Assembly: GCA_951406725.2 (NCBI GenBank)
Contig: OX597820.1
Location: 80,848,001-80,912,000, forward strand
Direction of reading: 5' to 3'
DNA: 64,000 bases
From: Octopus vulgaris
Taxonomy: Eukaryota
Shown here: positions 1 to 64,000 of the stretch, piece by piece
How the letters are laid out: each line of letters starts with the position of its first letter
Position numbering within the stretch: position 1 is the stretch's first letter
Notes under the pieces: model-generated
The model's input: only the letters and a program-made list of their open reading frames with translations
Database searches by the model: none
What the model was told of the DNA's origin: nothing
Translations under genes and position numbers: made by a program

Positions 1-64000
<64,000 letters not shown>

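Overview
This is AT-rich eukaryotic DNA, not prokaryotic. Its SINEs and microsatellites resemble octopus/cephalopod DNA, but that assignment is recalled and unverified. The whole window is the interior of one + strand gene: no start or stop exon is visible. I count 92 complete exons plus 2 partial ones. Each is 174 or 177 nt, bounded by AG and GT, phase 1 at both ends, free of stops, and encodes one 58-59 aa predicted helical module (consensus xxKSPExLRxxLxxAxxxKDKxxLxxxIxECxxxG[M/Y]PELxxD[I/L]xxARxxLxxLGGGxG). The modules fall into four classes repeating in the order A-B-C-D. Positions 1 to ~37,190 are a young tandem array of ~16.6 near-identical 2,235-bp units, each with 4 exons (233 aa). 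Positions ~38,300-64,000 hold 27 older, diverged exons in the same order. Their introns carry SINEs, MITEs and probable Penelope-like remnants with hammerhead-ribozyme motifs. Splicing all complete exons gives about 5,360 aa of pure repeat from this window alone. The short ORFs in the supplied track are exon fragments read through from introns, or microsatellite noise. I cannot assign a gene symbol.
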